From NCBI GenBank assembly GCA_046331705.1, contig JAXLQJ010000059.1, forward strand, positions 1 to 45,118: DNA of 45,118 nucleotides, in the 5' to 3' direction. A model generated the notes under the pieces. It saw only the letters and a list, made by a program, of their open reading frames with translations, ran no database searches and was not told the origin of the DNA. Below are positions 1-10,012 of this stretch, in pieces; within the stretch, counting starts at the first letter, position 1; the number at the start of each line of letters is the position of its first letter. Source of the stretch: a bacterium. GTDB lineage: Bacteria > JADJOY01. A program made the position numbers and the translations under genes.

Positions 1-780
1 CGTCGGGCCACTCGACGCCGTGTACACCTTGCGGTTGCGGGCGTGCTCGAGCTGGCTCCACTGGTGCAGTCGGCTGCCCGTCTGGGCGTCGATCCACACG
101 TACTCGCGAAGCTCGGCGCCGCGGGCTTCCACGAACCACGCGAGCCGCGGGGGATAGGTCGCGCGATCCAGGATCGCGCGTTTCAGGATCTCGAGTCGCG
201 GGGTCGAGAGCGTGGCATCGGTGACGCCGCCGTGCTTGGCGAGCAGCTCGCGCACGACCGACCGCGCCTCGTCGGCGCCGATGCGCGGCGTGATGGCCAG
301 CTCGGCGGGCACCGCGATGGTCTTGGCGAGCACCGCGCGCGCGCCGTCAGGGCCCACGTGCACCGTGAGCTCGCCGCCCGTCACGGGAACACCGCGGTGA
401 AGCTGGCGCAGCCGCACGTGCTCGACACCGACTTCGTCCGGGGCGCTCGCGCTGGTCACCGAGACATCGGTGCGGCCGCCGAGCCCGAAGGCGCCGCCGT
501 AGGCTTCCACGAAGTCGAGTGCCCGATCCGCCGCGGAGCGCGCGGCATCGCCCGCGCTTGCGATCGAGCGCCCACGCTCGGCGGCCACGAAGCTCACCAA
601 GCCCGTGATCGGCGAGCGGGTGGTGGTCAACGCGCCCATGGAAGCCGCTTGCATGGCTTGCACGGCGTCCGCGACGCGATCCGCCGCCGATGCCGCGCTC
701 CCGGCGGCCACGCCGATCGCGGCCAACACCATGATCGCGCGCAGCCGAACGGCGCGCTTCGCTCCCGATGACGTCGTCAT
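1..780 (-). CDS. Secreted M4/M36-type (thermolysin/fungalysin-like) metalloprotease precursor, N-terminal part; runs off the window edge
   Basis: Absent from the ORF track because there is no stop in the window. Manual translation from ATG at 780 (GGGGGGAAC upstream) gives a signal peptide (MTTSSGAKRAVRLRAIMVLAAIGVAAGSAASAA), an FTP-propeptide-like stretch (DEVGVEHVRLRQLHRGVPVTGGELTVH) and a PepSY-like stretch (RLAWFVE...YVWIDAQTG). The catalytic HExxH is outside the window. Confidence 0.7.
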   Translation of the reverse strand, partial: MTTSSGAKRAVRLRAIMVLAAIGVAAGSAASAADRVADAVQAMQAASMGALTTTRSPITGLVSFVAAERGRSIASAGDAARSAADRALDFVEAYGGAFGLGGRTDVSVTSASAPDEVGVEHVRLRQLHRGVPVTGGELTVHVGPDGARAVLAKTIAVPAELAITPRIGADEARSVVRELLAKHGGVTDATLSTPRLEILKRAILDRATYPPRLAWFVEARGAELREYVWIDAQTGSRLHQWSQLEHARNRKVYTASSGPT

Positions 781-1052
781 GTTCCCCCCGGAGCGCAGCG
801 GCACCCACACGCGCGCTCCACGAGCCCCGATCTTAGCGTGGAATGCGGTTCGCCCTCTGCATCCCAAGTCATCCGCAGCGCTCTCGATTGGCGTGCATCG
901 ATCACGTCTTGACTGCTCCCCCCCCCAACGGGCGTAGCGTCCAAACTGACCGGCACTGGGCACTACTTCCCCGGATGGGGGCCGAGAGACCTTGCTCGGG
1001 CGTGAGCCCGACCGGATATCCCCTGCGGCACCCGAACGGAGGTCGGAACGTC

Positions 1053-4000
1053 ATGAATCGCGCGCAGCGAAGCCGCAACGCGTTGAGCCTTGGAATCCTC
1101 CTCGGGATCGCGTGCGTGCCGGTGAGCACGAACCATACGAGCTCGGTGCAGCGCGTGAGCCCGCCGCCTGCGAATGGAGCGCTCGCGTCGGAAACGGTCG
1201 CGCCGCTCACCCTCAGCCCCGGAAGCGGAGGTGTCCCCGGTCACGTCGTTCGGATTCGCGGCTTTGATGAGACCGCGCGCAACGACCTATTGCTCAGCGA
1301 AGGCTACGCGATCTGCGACAAGAACAACGAGACCGCTTGCGCCGAGGAGAATCGCAAGCCGCTCGGGGTGACCTTCCTGGCTGGCACGCAGTTTCTCGAG
1401 GAGGGCAACACCAACACGTACTACATGGACATCCCGTACTCCGTCGACGCCACAGCACCGGATCGACAGGTCGTGCCCGTGTCGATCTTGGCCAAGAATG
1501 GGACTGGCGACCAAGACGACCAGGTATTCGACCGTGATTACAGGCTCGAAATCACTGGCGTAACCCAGGTCTTCAACTACCTGAGCGCGCACGCCACCGA
1601 ATCCGACCTCGCCGAGCAGGACACGTCCTTCGGTGCCCTGGCGTTCCTGCCGCCCGACTACAAGTATGCCTACGCCACGCTTCGGAGCGGGGTGCTCGCG
1701 GTGGTCGATACGGACACCGACAAGGGTCAGCAACCGGCACAGATCGACCTCGCCTACACGCGGCCCGATGGCAACGCGATGCAGGTGCTGCAAGGAACGA
1801 TCACGGGTGGGGTCGGCTTCACCAATCGAACGGTGAAGATCACCAGTCCGCAGCCGAAAGCCATCGCCACGGGCGACTTCGACGAAGACGGCGACTCGGA
1901 CCTGGTGGTTGCGAACAGCACCGGCAGCACCGTCTCCGTGTTCCGTGGCGACGGTCAGGCGGACACGGTCTCGTTTCCGAACGGTTCGACGATCACCGTC
2001 GGTTGGGGCCCCTCGGCGCTCGCGGTAGGCGACGTCGACAAGGACGGTCACGTGGACATCGCGGTCACGCTGGCGGGGACCACCACGGCCAACTGCTCGG
2101 CAGTCGTTCTCTGGGGACTGGGCAATGGATCCTTCACCACCGGCTCCACGATCTCCGCGGGTTCCCCGTCGAACGAGATACCGACCGGCATCGCGATCGG
2201 GAGCCTCGACGGCGACGAGTACCCCGAGCTGATCGTCGCCAAGCACGAGCGAGGTTCGCCGAACACCGGCTACGTACGCGCCTTGGCCAACCAGGGCGCC
2301 GGCACCCGCAGCTTCGCCAGCACGGTGAACGAGCAGGCCACCGGCAACAAGCCTGCCGGGATCGTGCTCGCGGACTTCAACGGGGACGCGAAGCTCGACG
2401 TCGCGACCCCGGATAGCGGCACCAACTCGGTTTCCGTCATGCTGGGAGACGGGCAGGGTTCTTTTGGGGTCGCCACCCATCCCACCGTCGACGCGCCTCC
2501 CGTTGCGATCGTGGCGGGATTCTTGAACGACGACGGCATTCTGGATCTAGCCACGGCGAACGATCGCTCCGGCAACAACGACACCGTGAGCATCTTGATC
2601 GGCAACGGTAGCGGCGGATTCACCAACACGGTGAACTTCGGAATTCTTCCGAACAACACCACGGTGGATGCCCAGCCGAAGGCGATCGTCGTGGGCGAGT
2701 GGAGCGAGGACGAGTACACGGATCTGGCGGTCACCTCCTACGGCCAGAACAAGATCGCAGCCTTCGCGAACAACTCGACCAATCCGGGCACGTTCGCGGC
2801 ACCAGCGACAGTAAACAATCTCAACAAGCCGTGGGGGCTGGTCTCCGGCCAGTTCGACACGCAGAAGGAAGACGTCCTCTACCTCGGCAACCCGAACAAG
2901 GCTCTCGACGAGGGGCGGAACGCCGGCTATGGCATCGTGATCGTCGAGTATCCGCAAGGCAGCGGCACCCACTATGCGTTCCTCTCGAACCACAACCAGG
3001 ACAAACCGAGAGCGAACGACGTCGACCTCTTCTGCCCGGTCGATCCTCAGGTTGACCTCAAGTACATCGGCAAGACCGTCACCGTGGTTCGGATCGATCC
3101 CGCGCAGTTCGCGCCCTCGAACGAGCAGATCGCAAACGACCAGGTCGTCGCGACCATCGAGGTGGGCTGTGGACCGCACGGCATGGACGTCACCTCGAAC
3201 GACGCCTACATCTTCGTCGCGAACGAGTACTCGGGAACGGTGAGCCGCATCAACGTGTCGGCCGTCTTGTCCGACCTCCCTGCACTCGAGGACGCGTTCA
3301 CGCCTTCTGACGTCGGCGTGGATGCCACGATCGACGTTCGTCCCGGCGGATATCCCCCGACGTATCCGAGCGGACCGCTCACGGTCATCAGTAGAGGAAT
3401 CGACATCGTCGAAGAGATCTCTGGCGCGGGTGGAACTGGTCCTGCCAACGCCCGCGCTTTCGTCACGGTTGCGTACCCGAACCAGGCGCCACACGACCGA
3501 ACCAAGGGTCAGATTGCCGTCATCAAGAACCTCACCAACGCCCCGACCGTCGAGGGGTGGCTTCACGGGAACGGCCAAGTATTCGTTGTCGGAGTCACGA
3601 ATCCGCCTATCAGCTTGGGCGGACAGCCGCTCGGCGTCCATGCGCTGCTCAAGAATGGGACTCCCTCGGCGGTCGTGGTCCCAAAATTCGACCACCCAGG
3701 AGAGTCTTGGCCGGAGGCCGGTATTCGCCTGGTCGTTGCGAGTGGCCAGTGGCGTGACGGGGACACTGCGTTCTTGGACATTCCCACCTTCAGCATGGTC
3801 GACGTCAACTTCAAGAATGGCAGCCTCTATCAACATTGGGTGTGGCCCGAATACCCGATGTCCCAGGACTGCCCCATCGCTCCGGGTATTCTCGCCAACA
3901 AGCCGGCGAATCCGACGTCCCCGGAATGCACGATCGGTGACCCGTATGTGCTCTCAGCACTCCACGTCTCTGGCTCGATTGCGAGTAGCTCCGACGGACA

Positions 4001-5570
4001 GCGTGCTTACATCGCGAGACTCTACGACGCCGGTGTCGTCGGTCCTGAGCAAGCGGGCGTCATCGTGGTCGACGCCAATCCTTCACCTTTCGCTCGATTG
4101 ACCGGCAACCGACTGCTCGGCGCGATCGGGCAACCCGAGGGCGTCTTTTCCGTCGCGCGCATTCCACTGACAGCGTCGCAAGATGCGGCGGGCAAGCGCT
4201 ACAAGCTCTACCAAGGGAACCAAGATTCGACGACCAACGACCCGGAGACGGACTACCGCGGGCTCTGGCAGACGACCGAGCCGTTGGTGATTCCCAAAAC
4301 CAATCACGCAATCGTCGCCGGCGCCTTCCTGCAAGGCGCTAACCCGTGGGTGTTCACGTCCCAGAATCAGGTCCTCGCTCGAGACACGACGATCCGATCG
4401 CCGAAGCTGCGTGCGACCGAGCCCAAGCTCGCCTACTGGCGGGCCGAGTTCAACGCCTCATCGGTTCCGCCCACTTTCGACGTACGGACGGGACGCATCG
4501 CCATCGCGAACGCTGATGGCACGAACGAGCAGTTCTTGTCGTGCACGGACACGAGTCGATGCTCGTGCGATCCGCCCACGGATTGCAGCCCCCAGAGCGA
4601 CGGCGAGAATGGAGCGTTACTACCCGCCTGGTCCGACGATGGGACGTGGCTGGTCTACGTTCGTCAAACCCGTCACTCCGACGACATCGTCTACCCGGAC
4701 ATCATCGCCCGCCGCATGTCCACGGGTGAAGAGTGGAATCTTACCCAGCACGACCATCACGTTCACGCAGACCCAGCCGCACGCTTTCTTTCCCAGGGCG
4801 TCCCTGTCTTGACCGTGGTCTTCGCACGAGACCTTGGTACCGTCGGCGCACCCACTGTGAGGTGCAGCGACCAGGCGACCGCGAGAGTGCAGGGCATTGC
4901 CAAGGTTGATCTCAACACGAGCGCACCGAGTGGAAACCTCCCGATCACCCAGCTCACGTTCCCTCACCTCGACTCCATCCCCGTGGATTGCGCGAGTATC
5001 AACCCTCAATCGCAGAGGCGACACCTTGGCGATACCGATCCAGACCTTTCTCCAGGAGCGCGGATCATCCTTGGTGAGCCGGCGAGCGGCGCAACGCGGT
5101 GGCTGGTGTTCTCGCGACGCTTCAACGAGGAGAATGTCAAGGGCGCCGACGACCACTTCGGCAATTACGACATTCTCGCCCAGACGCTCGACGGGAGCGC
5201 TCTCCTGAACCTCACCGGAGGCGACGATGGCGACCCGAGTGCCGGCTGTGGTCAGGGCCCAGCCCTCTGCGCCGATCAGATCCCACGGTGGAGCCCCGAT
5301 TCCGACAGGATCGCGTTCGCGTTGGTGACGGCCGACAATGCGAACGATAGCGACATCTATACGATCCACGTTCCATTCCTAGTTGGTGAAGACTTCGACC
5401 GAACCAACGCACAGTCGAGCGTGCAAGATGCTTCGCTCGATTCTTCTGCTGCCTGGTACCCCGATGCATCCAAGGGCGATCAGGCACCCGATCTGATCTT
5501 TTTCAGAACCGCGGTGGATATCGGCATCGCGCTGCCAGACCTATCCCGCCTTTACCATCCGCTGCCGTAA
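1053..5570 (+). CDS. Large secreted/lipoprotein multi-beta-propeller protein (FG-GAP + YVTN-like + PD40/TolB-like repeats)
   Basis: ATG 1053 follows GGAGG. Lipobox-like LLGIAC. Repeated GDFDEDGDSDLVV/ADFNGDAKLDVA (FG-GAP), VGCGPHGMDVTSNDAYIFVANEYSGTVSRI (YVTN-like), PAWSDDGTWLVY and PRWSPDSDRIAF (PD40-like). Confidence 0.8.
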   Translation: MNRAQRSRNALSLGILLGIACVPVSTNHTSSVQRVSPPPANGALASETVAPLTLSPGSGGVPGHVVRIRGFDETARNDLLLSEGYAICDKNNETACAEENRKPLGVTFLAGTQFLEEGNTNTYYMDIPYSVDATAPDRQVVPVSILAKNGTGDQDDQVFDRDYRLEITGVTQVFNYLSAHATESDLAEQDTSFGALAFLPPDYKYAYATLRSGVLAVVDTDTDKGQQPAQIDLAYTRPDGNAMQVLQGTITGGVGFTNRTVKITSPQPKAIATGDFDEDGDSDLVVANSTGSTVSVFRGDGQADTVSFPNGSTITVGWGPSALAVGDVDKDGHVDIAVTLAGTTTANCSAVVLWGLGNGSFTTGSTISAGSPSNEIPTGIAIGSLDGDEYPELIVAKHERGSPNTGYVRALANQGAGTRSFASTVNEQATGNKPAGIVLADFNGDAKLDVATPDSGTNSVSVMLGDGQGSFGVATHPTVDAPPVAIVAGFLNDDGILDLATANDRSGNNDTVSILIGNGSGGFTNTVNFGILPNNTTVDAQPKAIVVGEWSEDEYTDLAVTSYGQNKIAAFANNSTNPGTFAAPATVNNLNKPWGLVSGQFDTQKEDVLYLGNPNKALDEGRNAGYGIVIVEYPQGSGTHYAFLSNHNQDKPRANDVDLFCPVDPQVDLKYIGKTVTVVRIDPAQFAPSNEQIANDQVVATIEVGCGPHGMDVTSNDAYIFVANEYSGTVSRINVSAVLSDLPALEDAFTPSDVGVDATIDVRPGGYPPTYPSGPLTVISRGIDIVEEISGAGGTGPANARAFVTVAYPNQAPHDRTKGQIAVIKNLTNAPTVEGWLHGNGQVFVVGVTNPPISLGGQPLGVHALLKNGTPSAVVVPKFDHPGESWPEAGIRLVVASGQWRDGDTAFLDIPTFSMVDVNFKNGSLYQHWVWPEYPMSQDCPIAPGILANKPANPTSPECTIGDPYVLSALHVSGSIASSSDGQRAYIARLYDAGVVGPEQAGVIVVDANPSPFARLTGNRLLGAIGQPEGVFSVARIPLTASQDAAGKRYKLYQGNQDSTTNDPETDYRGLWQTTEPLVIPKTNHAIVAGAFLQGANPWVFTSQNQVLARDTTIRSPKLRATEPKLAYWRAEFNASSVPPTFDVRTGRIAIANADGTNEQFLSCTDTSRCSCDPPTDCSPQSDGENGALLPAWSDDGTWLVYVRQTRHSDDIVYPDIIARRMSTGEEWNLTQHDHHVHADPAARFLSQGVPVLTVVFARDLGTVGAPTVRCSDQATARVQGIAKVDLNTSAPSGNLPITQLTFPHLDSIPVDCASINPQSQRRHLGDTDPDLSPGARIILGEPASGATRWLVFSRRFNEENVKGADDHFGNYDILAQTLDGSALLNLTGGDDGDPSAGCGQGPALCADQIPRWSPDSDRIAFALVTADNANDSDIYTIHVPFLVGEDFDRTNAQSSVQDASLDSSAAWYPDASKGDQAPDLIFFRTAVDIGIALPDLSRLYHPLP

Positions 5571-5583
5571 GTTGGGATGCGTC

Positions 5584-8103
5584 ATGTCTGATCGAAACGT
5601 CATCGCTCGCCGAGCGGCGACCTTGATCCACATTTTGCTGTTGAGCGCCTGCGGTCCTGGCCTCACGGCAATCAGCCCACAAGCCGCGCCCGTGGGTGCG
5701 CTGGTGACCATCACCGGCAGCGGATTCGGCGGCAATCAGGGCTCGAGCCAGGTCTTCTTCGCCGGGGTGTCCGCGGGTGTGGCTGCATCGTGGTCCTCGT
5801 CCTCGATCACCATTGTCGTTCCCGTCGGGGCGACGACCGGTCCGGTCACGGTCGAGGTCGGAGCGGCGACCAGCATCGCCAAGCCGTTCATCGTGTCTTC
5901 CCCTCGAGCGAACGGGCTCCGCATCGGAACGTACTTACCGCCGTATCAGTTGAGCCTCAGCTCGAGCGCGCAGCGGTCTATGGACCGGGATGATCGAGCG
6001 CATTCACCCCAAGACGCCACGTTGACCTCTCAGCACGGCGTCGTCACTGGCGACTGGAATGAAGATGGCCTGCCCGACCTAGCCCACGGCGTCAGCAATG
6101 ACGTCTGCGTGCGTCTCGGGGTCGGTGACGGCCGCTTCTCTGCCGGTGTCTGTACCGACCTCGGCATTCCCGGTGCGGGCACAGGGGGCCTGTCCCTGGG
6201 TGATTTCGATGAAGACTCGCATGGCGATCTCGTGGCGTCGGTGAAGACGCGCCTCGCGTTGTTGCGCGGGGACGGGCACGGCGGGTTTCTCGCGCCGATC
6301 TATTCCGCGGAGGTCACCAACGTTTCACAGCTCGTGACCGCCGATTTCGACCTGGATCAACACCTCGATGTTGCGGCGCTCGGCGGGTCCGTGGTGCATG
6401 TGTTTGGCGGTGATGGGCAGGGGGGCTTCGAGTTGCTGGTCAGCGTACCCATCCCGCCGTACGCGCAAGCGATCGGTGCCGCGGATCTGGACGGGGACGG
6501 GTATCCCGAGATCGTGATGACGAACGGCGCGCCCGCCGTGGGCCAGATGGGCTCATTGAGCGTGCTGCGAAACGATACCCAAGGGGGATTCGTGTCGGCG
6601 CCGTCGATTTCCACGGACTCTGCGCCGGAGGGCTTCGTATTGGAAGACGTGGATCGCGACGGCGACGCGGATGTGGCGCTGGTACACGACGAGTACTTCG
6701 CCTCCACGAATGATCTGACGGTGTTCGAGAATGACGGCACCGGATCGTTCGTGCGGTCGTTCGATCTGCCCATGAGCGACCACATGATCGGGCTCAACAG
6801 CACGGATCTCAACGGCGATGGCATCGTTGATCTCGTGGCGGGCGGATCCGATCGAACCTACACGTTCCTCGGCTACGGCGACGGGACATTTCTTCAATGG
6901 GACGCGTCCTACCGAGACTACGCCGGCGGCTTCGCGATCGCGGATTTCAATCTCGATGGGCGGGCGGACGTATGGAGTTGGGGTACTTATGGGTCGCCCG
7001 TCATCCTGGGTGACGGGAGTGGCGGTCTCGCGTCCGCGACTTTCTTGCAGCTCACGTGGCTCTATGGCGCGCTCAAGGATGTCATCCCTACGGATCTCAA
7101 CGAGGACGGAAAGGTGGATTTGGTGGTCGACGTGGCCACGAACGACCCCGGCTACGAGATGGCGATCCTGCTCAACGATGGCGCTGGCGGGTTCACGCAA
7201 ACCTGGATTCCCGTTACGGGGTCGGAGGGCCTTCAACACCTGGCATCCGAGGACGTGAACGGCGACGGACACGTGGACATCGTGCGGAACGCATGGACAG
7301 GCACGAGCTATGCGTTGGAGGCGTTCCTCGGTGATGGTCACGGCGGTTTCTCGGCACCCGCCCGAACGTCGCTCAACTTGACCACGGGCCTGTCGAATAT
7401 CGTCGCCGGCAATCTCAACGGGGACGGCAAGGACGACGTCGTGGTGAGCTTCGGTCCCTATCTTCAGCTTTGGCTCTCGAACGGCGACGGCACGTTCGGT
7501 TCTCCCGCGGTGCTCGAGAATGTGTACGCCGATGAGTTTGCGTTGTCGGTGGCGCGAGTCAACGGTGACGACTTCGACGACATCGTGTTCAAGGTGTCGT
7601 CGTATCCGCCGTTCGATGGGGACATCCGCGTCTATCTGGGTGACGGTCTCGGTGGGTTCGTGCTCAGCGATCGGATTCCCGCTGACGGCGGGCCGCTCGG
7701 GGTCGCGGACCTCAACCAGGATGGCATCCCCGATCTCTTGGATTCCGACGATCACGTGCTGCACGTGCCGGCCTCCCATCGCAGTTGGTTCGGGGTCGGG
7801 GACGGAACGTTCGTCGGCCCGACCGTGTCTCCCTACCTGGGCGTACCTGCCGGCATCAGCGACTTCGACGGCGACGGTTGGCCCGACGTCGTGGGCGACT
7901 ATTCGACCGGGATTCGAATCGCATTCGGCGATGGATCGGGTGCTTTCACGCCGAGCGAAGATCGTTACGCCCGGAGCGACGGGCTCTCGCGGATCGCGGA
8001 CATCAACGACGATGGGCACATGGACCTGGTGGAATGGACCTACTGGGGATACCTCGCGTTCTATTTCGGCGACGGCCACGGGAACTTCGTCGACTACGAC
8101 TGA
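5584..8103 (+). CDS. IPT/TIG domain + FG-GAP repeat lipoprotein
   Basis: Lipobox LLLSAC. TIG-like ISPQAAPVGALVTITGSGFG...WSSSSITIVVPVGATTGPVTV, followed by more than 10 D-x-N/D-x-D-G-x-x-D FG-GAP repeats. Confidence 0.85.
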   Translation: MSDRNVIARRAATLIHILLLSACGPGLTAISPQAAPVGALVTITGSGFGGNQGSSQVFFAGVSAGVAASWSSSSITIVVPVGATTGPVTVEVGAATSIAKPFIVSSPRANGLRIGTYLPPYQLSLSSSAQRSMDRDDRAHSPQDATLTSQHGVVTGDWNEDGLPDLAHGVSNDVCVRLGVGDGRFSAGVCTDLGIPGAGTGGLSLGDFDEDSHGDLVASVKTRLALLRGDGHGGFLAPIYSAEVTNVSQLVTADFDLDQHLDVAALGGSVVHVFGGDGQGGFELLVSVPIPPYAQAIGAADLDGDGYPEIVMTNGAPAVGQMGSLSVLRNDTQGGFVSAPSISTDSAPEGFVLEDVDRDGDADVALVHDEYFASTNDLTVFENDGTGSFVRSFDLPMSDHMIGLNSTDLNGDGIVDLVAGGSDRTYTFLGYGDGTFLQWDASYRDYAGGFAIADFNLDGRADVWSWGTYGSPVILGDGSGGLASATFLQLTWLYGALKDVIPTDLNEDGKVDLVVDVATNDPGYEMAILLNDGAGGFTQTWIPVTGSEGLQHLASEDVNGDGHVDIVRNAWTGTSYALEAFLGDGHGGFSAPARTSLNLTTGLSNIVAGNLNGDGKDDVVVSFGPYLQLWLSNGDGTFGSPAVLENVYADEFALSVARVNGDDFDDIVFKVSSYPPFDGDIRVYLGDGLGGFVLSDRIPADGGPLGVADLNQDGIPDLLDSDDHVLHVPASHRSWFGVGDGTFVGPTVSPYLGVPAGISDFDGDGWPDVVGDYSTGIRIAFGDGSGAFTPSEDRYARSDGLSRIADINDDGHMDLVEWTYWGYLAFYFGDGHGNFVDYD

Positions 8104-8134
8104 TCGGAAGACTGCAGGCGATCCCGCGCTGACG

Positions 8135-8569
8135 TCACCGCGCCGCGGACCAGAGGTAGGACTCGGTGCTGCACGGGCTGGGGCGGGCGATGGTGAGCTT
8201 GCCGTTCACGTGCCCGTCGTCGGCAAAGTCGCCTTCGAGATCGAGCACGGTGCCGTCGAAGTCGGTGAGGTCCGCCACCTCGGATTCGAACGAGAACCGC
8301 CCGTCGCGCACGCGATTCTGGGCGGGATCGGGAACGAGCGTGACGTCATCGCCGCGCGAGCAACCGCCGCCGCCCGCCACCCGATAGCCGATCTCGAAGA
8401 TCGCGATCCGGCCGTCGTGGATCACGAGATCGACGGCGCGGCCCTGGGAGGTCTCGCCGTGCCAGGTGCCGTCGAAGCGCGTGCTGGTGCCCACCTCGCC
8501 GTCGCTGCCGCAGCCGAGCGCGGTCAGCCACGCGACCGTGGCAGCGATCGAGAGCAGCGTGCGTCTCAT
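8135..8569 (-). CDS. Hypothetical lipoprotein
   Basis: Signal peptide with lipobox (LTALGC). Lies 7 nt downstream of chrA on the same strand, with GAGG upstream. Confidence 0.7.
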   Translation of the reverse strand: MRRTLLSIAATVAWLTALGCGSDGEVGTSTRFDGTWHGETSQGRAVDLVIHDGRIAIFEIGYRVAGGGGCSRGDDVTLVPDPAQNRVRDGRFSFESEVADLTDFDGTVLDLEGDFADDGHVNGKLTIARPSPCSTESYLWSAAR

Positions 8570-8576
8570 CTGGACC

Positions 8577-9911
8577 TCAGCCTCCGAACACCAGCCCGCG
8601 CACCAGCCCGATGGCGGCGCCCGCCAGCACCACGCGGATCAATCCCCAGTTCCTGCGCATCATGCCGTAGAACGTGCCGGCGGCGAGCACCAGTGCGAAG
8701 AGGTGGATGCCGCCCCCGTCGGGAAAGATCGTGTGCACGCCGAACCACACCGCGAGATTGAGCACCACTCCCACCACCGCCGCCGTGACGGCGGTGAGCG
8801 CGTTACGCAGCGAGCGGACCTGGCGCAGCCGCTCGATGTGAGGCGCCCCCGCGAAGATCCAGAGGAAGCACGGCAGGAACGTCACCCAGGTGGTGATGAG
8901 CGCGCCCAGCGTGCCCGCCACCACCGGCGCCAGCGTTCCGGGGTGATGGAACGCGGCGAGAAATCCCACGAACTGCACGACCATGATGAGCGGGCCGGGA
9001 GTGGTTTCGGCGAGCGCCAGCCCGTCGATCATCTGGCTCGGCTGGAGCCAGCCGAAGTGCTCCACCGCTTGCTGCGCGACGTAGGGCAGGACGGCATAGG
9101 CGCCACCGAACGTGACCATCGCCGCCTTGCTGAAGAAGACTCCCAAGCTCACGAAGGTGCTGTGCCAGCCGAACGCCAAGCCCGCGGCGATCACCGGTAG
9201 CCACCACAGCGTCACGCACAGCGCGGCCACCCGCGCGAGACGGCGCCAGGGGCGCGCGGATGCCGCACGCAGCGGCTGTTCCGCGTGATCGTCCGGCGCG
9301 CCACCTGCGTGCGGATCCTTGGATGCGAAGAGCTCGGGGTGCGCGCGCCCGCCCAGGAATCCGATCGCCGCCGCGCCGGCGATGATGAGCGGAAAGGGCA
9401 CCTTGGCGACGTAGATGAGCACGAATGCCAGCCCGGCGAGCGCCCACGCCAGCCGGTTGGGCAGCGCCTTCTTCCCGATGCGCAGCACCGCGTGGGCGAC
9501 GATCGCCAGCACCATCGGTTTCAGGCCGTCGAAGATGGCCGCCACCAGCGGCACCTTGCCGTAGAGCGCGTACACCAGGCTCAACGTCCACAACAGAAAG
9601 ATCGAGGGCACCACGAACAAGGCGCCCGCGACGATGCCGCCCGCGGTGCCGTGCAGCAACCAGCCGCAATACGTCGCGAGCTGCTGCGCCTCGGGGCCGG
9701 GCAGGAGCGTGCAGAAGCTCAGCGCATGGAGGAAGCGCGGCTCGCTGATCCAACGCTTTCGCGTCACCAGCTCTTCGTGCATGAGCGCGATCTGGCCCGC
9801 CGGTCCGCCGAAGCTCACGAAGCCGAGCTTCGTCCAGAAGCGAAACGCCTCGCCGAACGACGGGCGCACGGGGGCTGCGGGCGCGGGGCTGGGGGAGGTC
9901 GTCTCCGTCAT
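8577..9911 (-). CDS. chrA: Chromate efflux transporter (long-chain CHR family)
   Basis: Two homologous halves with LGFVSFGGPAGQI...LPGPEAQQLATYCG and MVTFGGAYAVL...ETTPGPLIMVVQFVG motifs. Start placed at MTETTS (9911). Confidence 0.92.
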   Translation of the reverse strand: MTETTSPSPAPAAPVRPSFGEAFRFWTKLGFVSFGGPAGQIALMHEELVTRKRWISEPRFLHALSFCTLLPGPEAQQLATYCGWLLHGTAGGIVAGALFVVPSIFLLWTLSLVYALYGKVPLVAAIFDGLKPMVLAIVAHAVLRIGKKALPNRLAWALAGLAFVLIYVAKVPFPLIIAGAAAIGFLGGRAHPELFASKDPHAGGAPDDHAEQPLRAASARPWRRLARVAALCVTLWWLPVIAAGLAFGWHSTFVSLGVFFSKAAMVTFGGAYAVLPYVAQQAVEHFGWLQPSQMIDGLALAETTPGPLIMVVQFVGFLAAFHHPGTLAPVVAGTLGALITTWVTFLPCFLWIFAGAPHIERLRQVRSLRNALTAVTAAVVGVVLNLAVWFGVHTIFPDGGGIHLFALVLAAGTFYGMMRRNWGLIRVVLAGAAIGLVRGLVFGG

Positions 9912-10012
9912 GCGCGGCGGTCTCCGGCTCGGGTCCGTGTCCCTCGCCGCTGGCCGGGCGCCGTCGGGAGGCGGGCTATATTCGCCGCGCCCGAGTGCGG
10001 TGGGGAGGCCCC

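Noticed and set aside
43-771. 242-aa plus-strand ORF
   Set aside because: Antisense shadow of the minus-strand protease gene, which has a signal peptide, RBS and recognisable propeptide.
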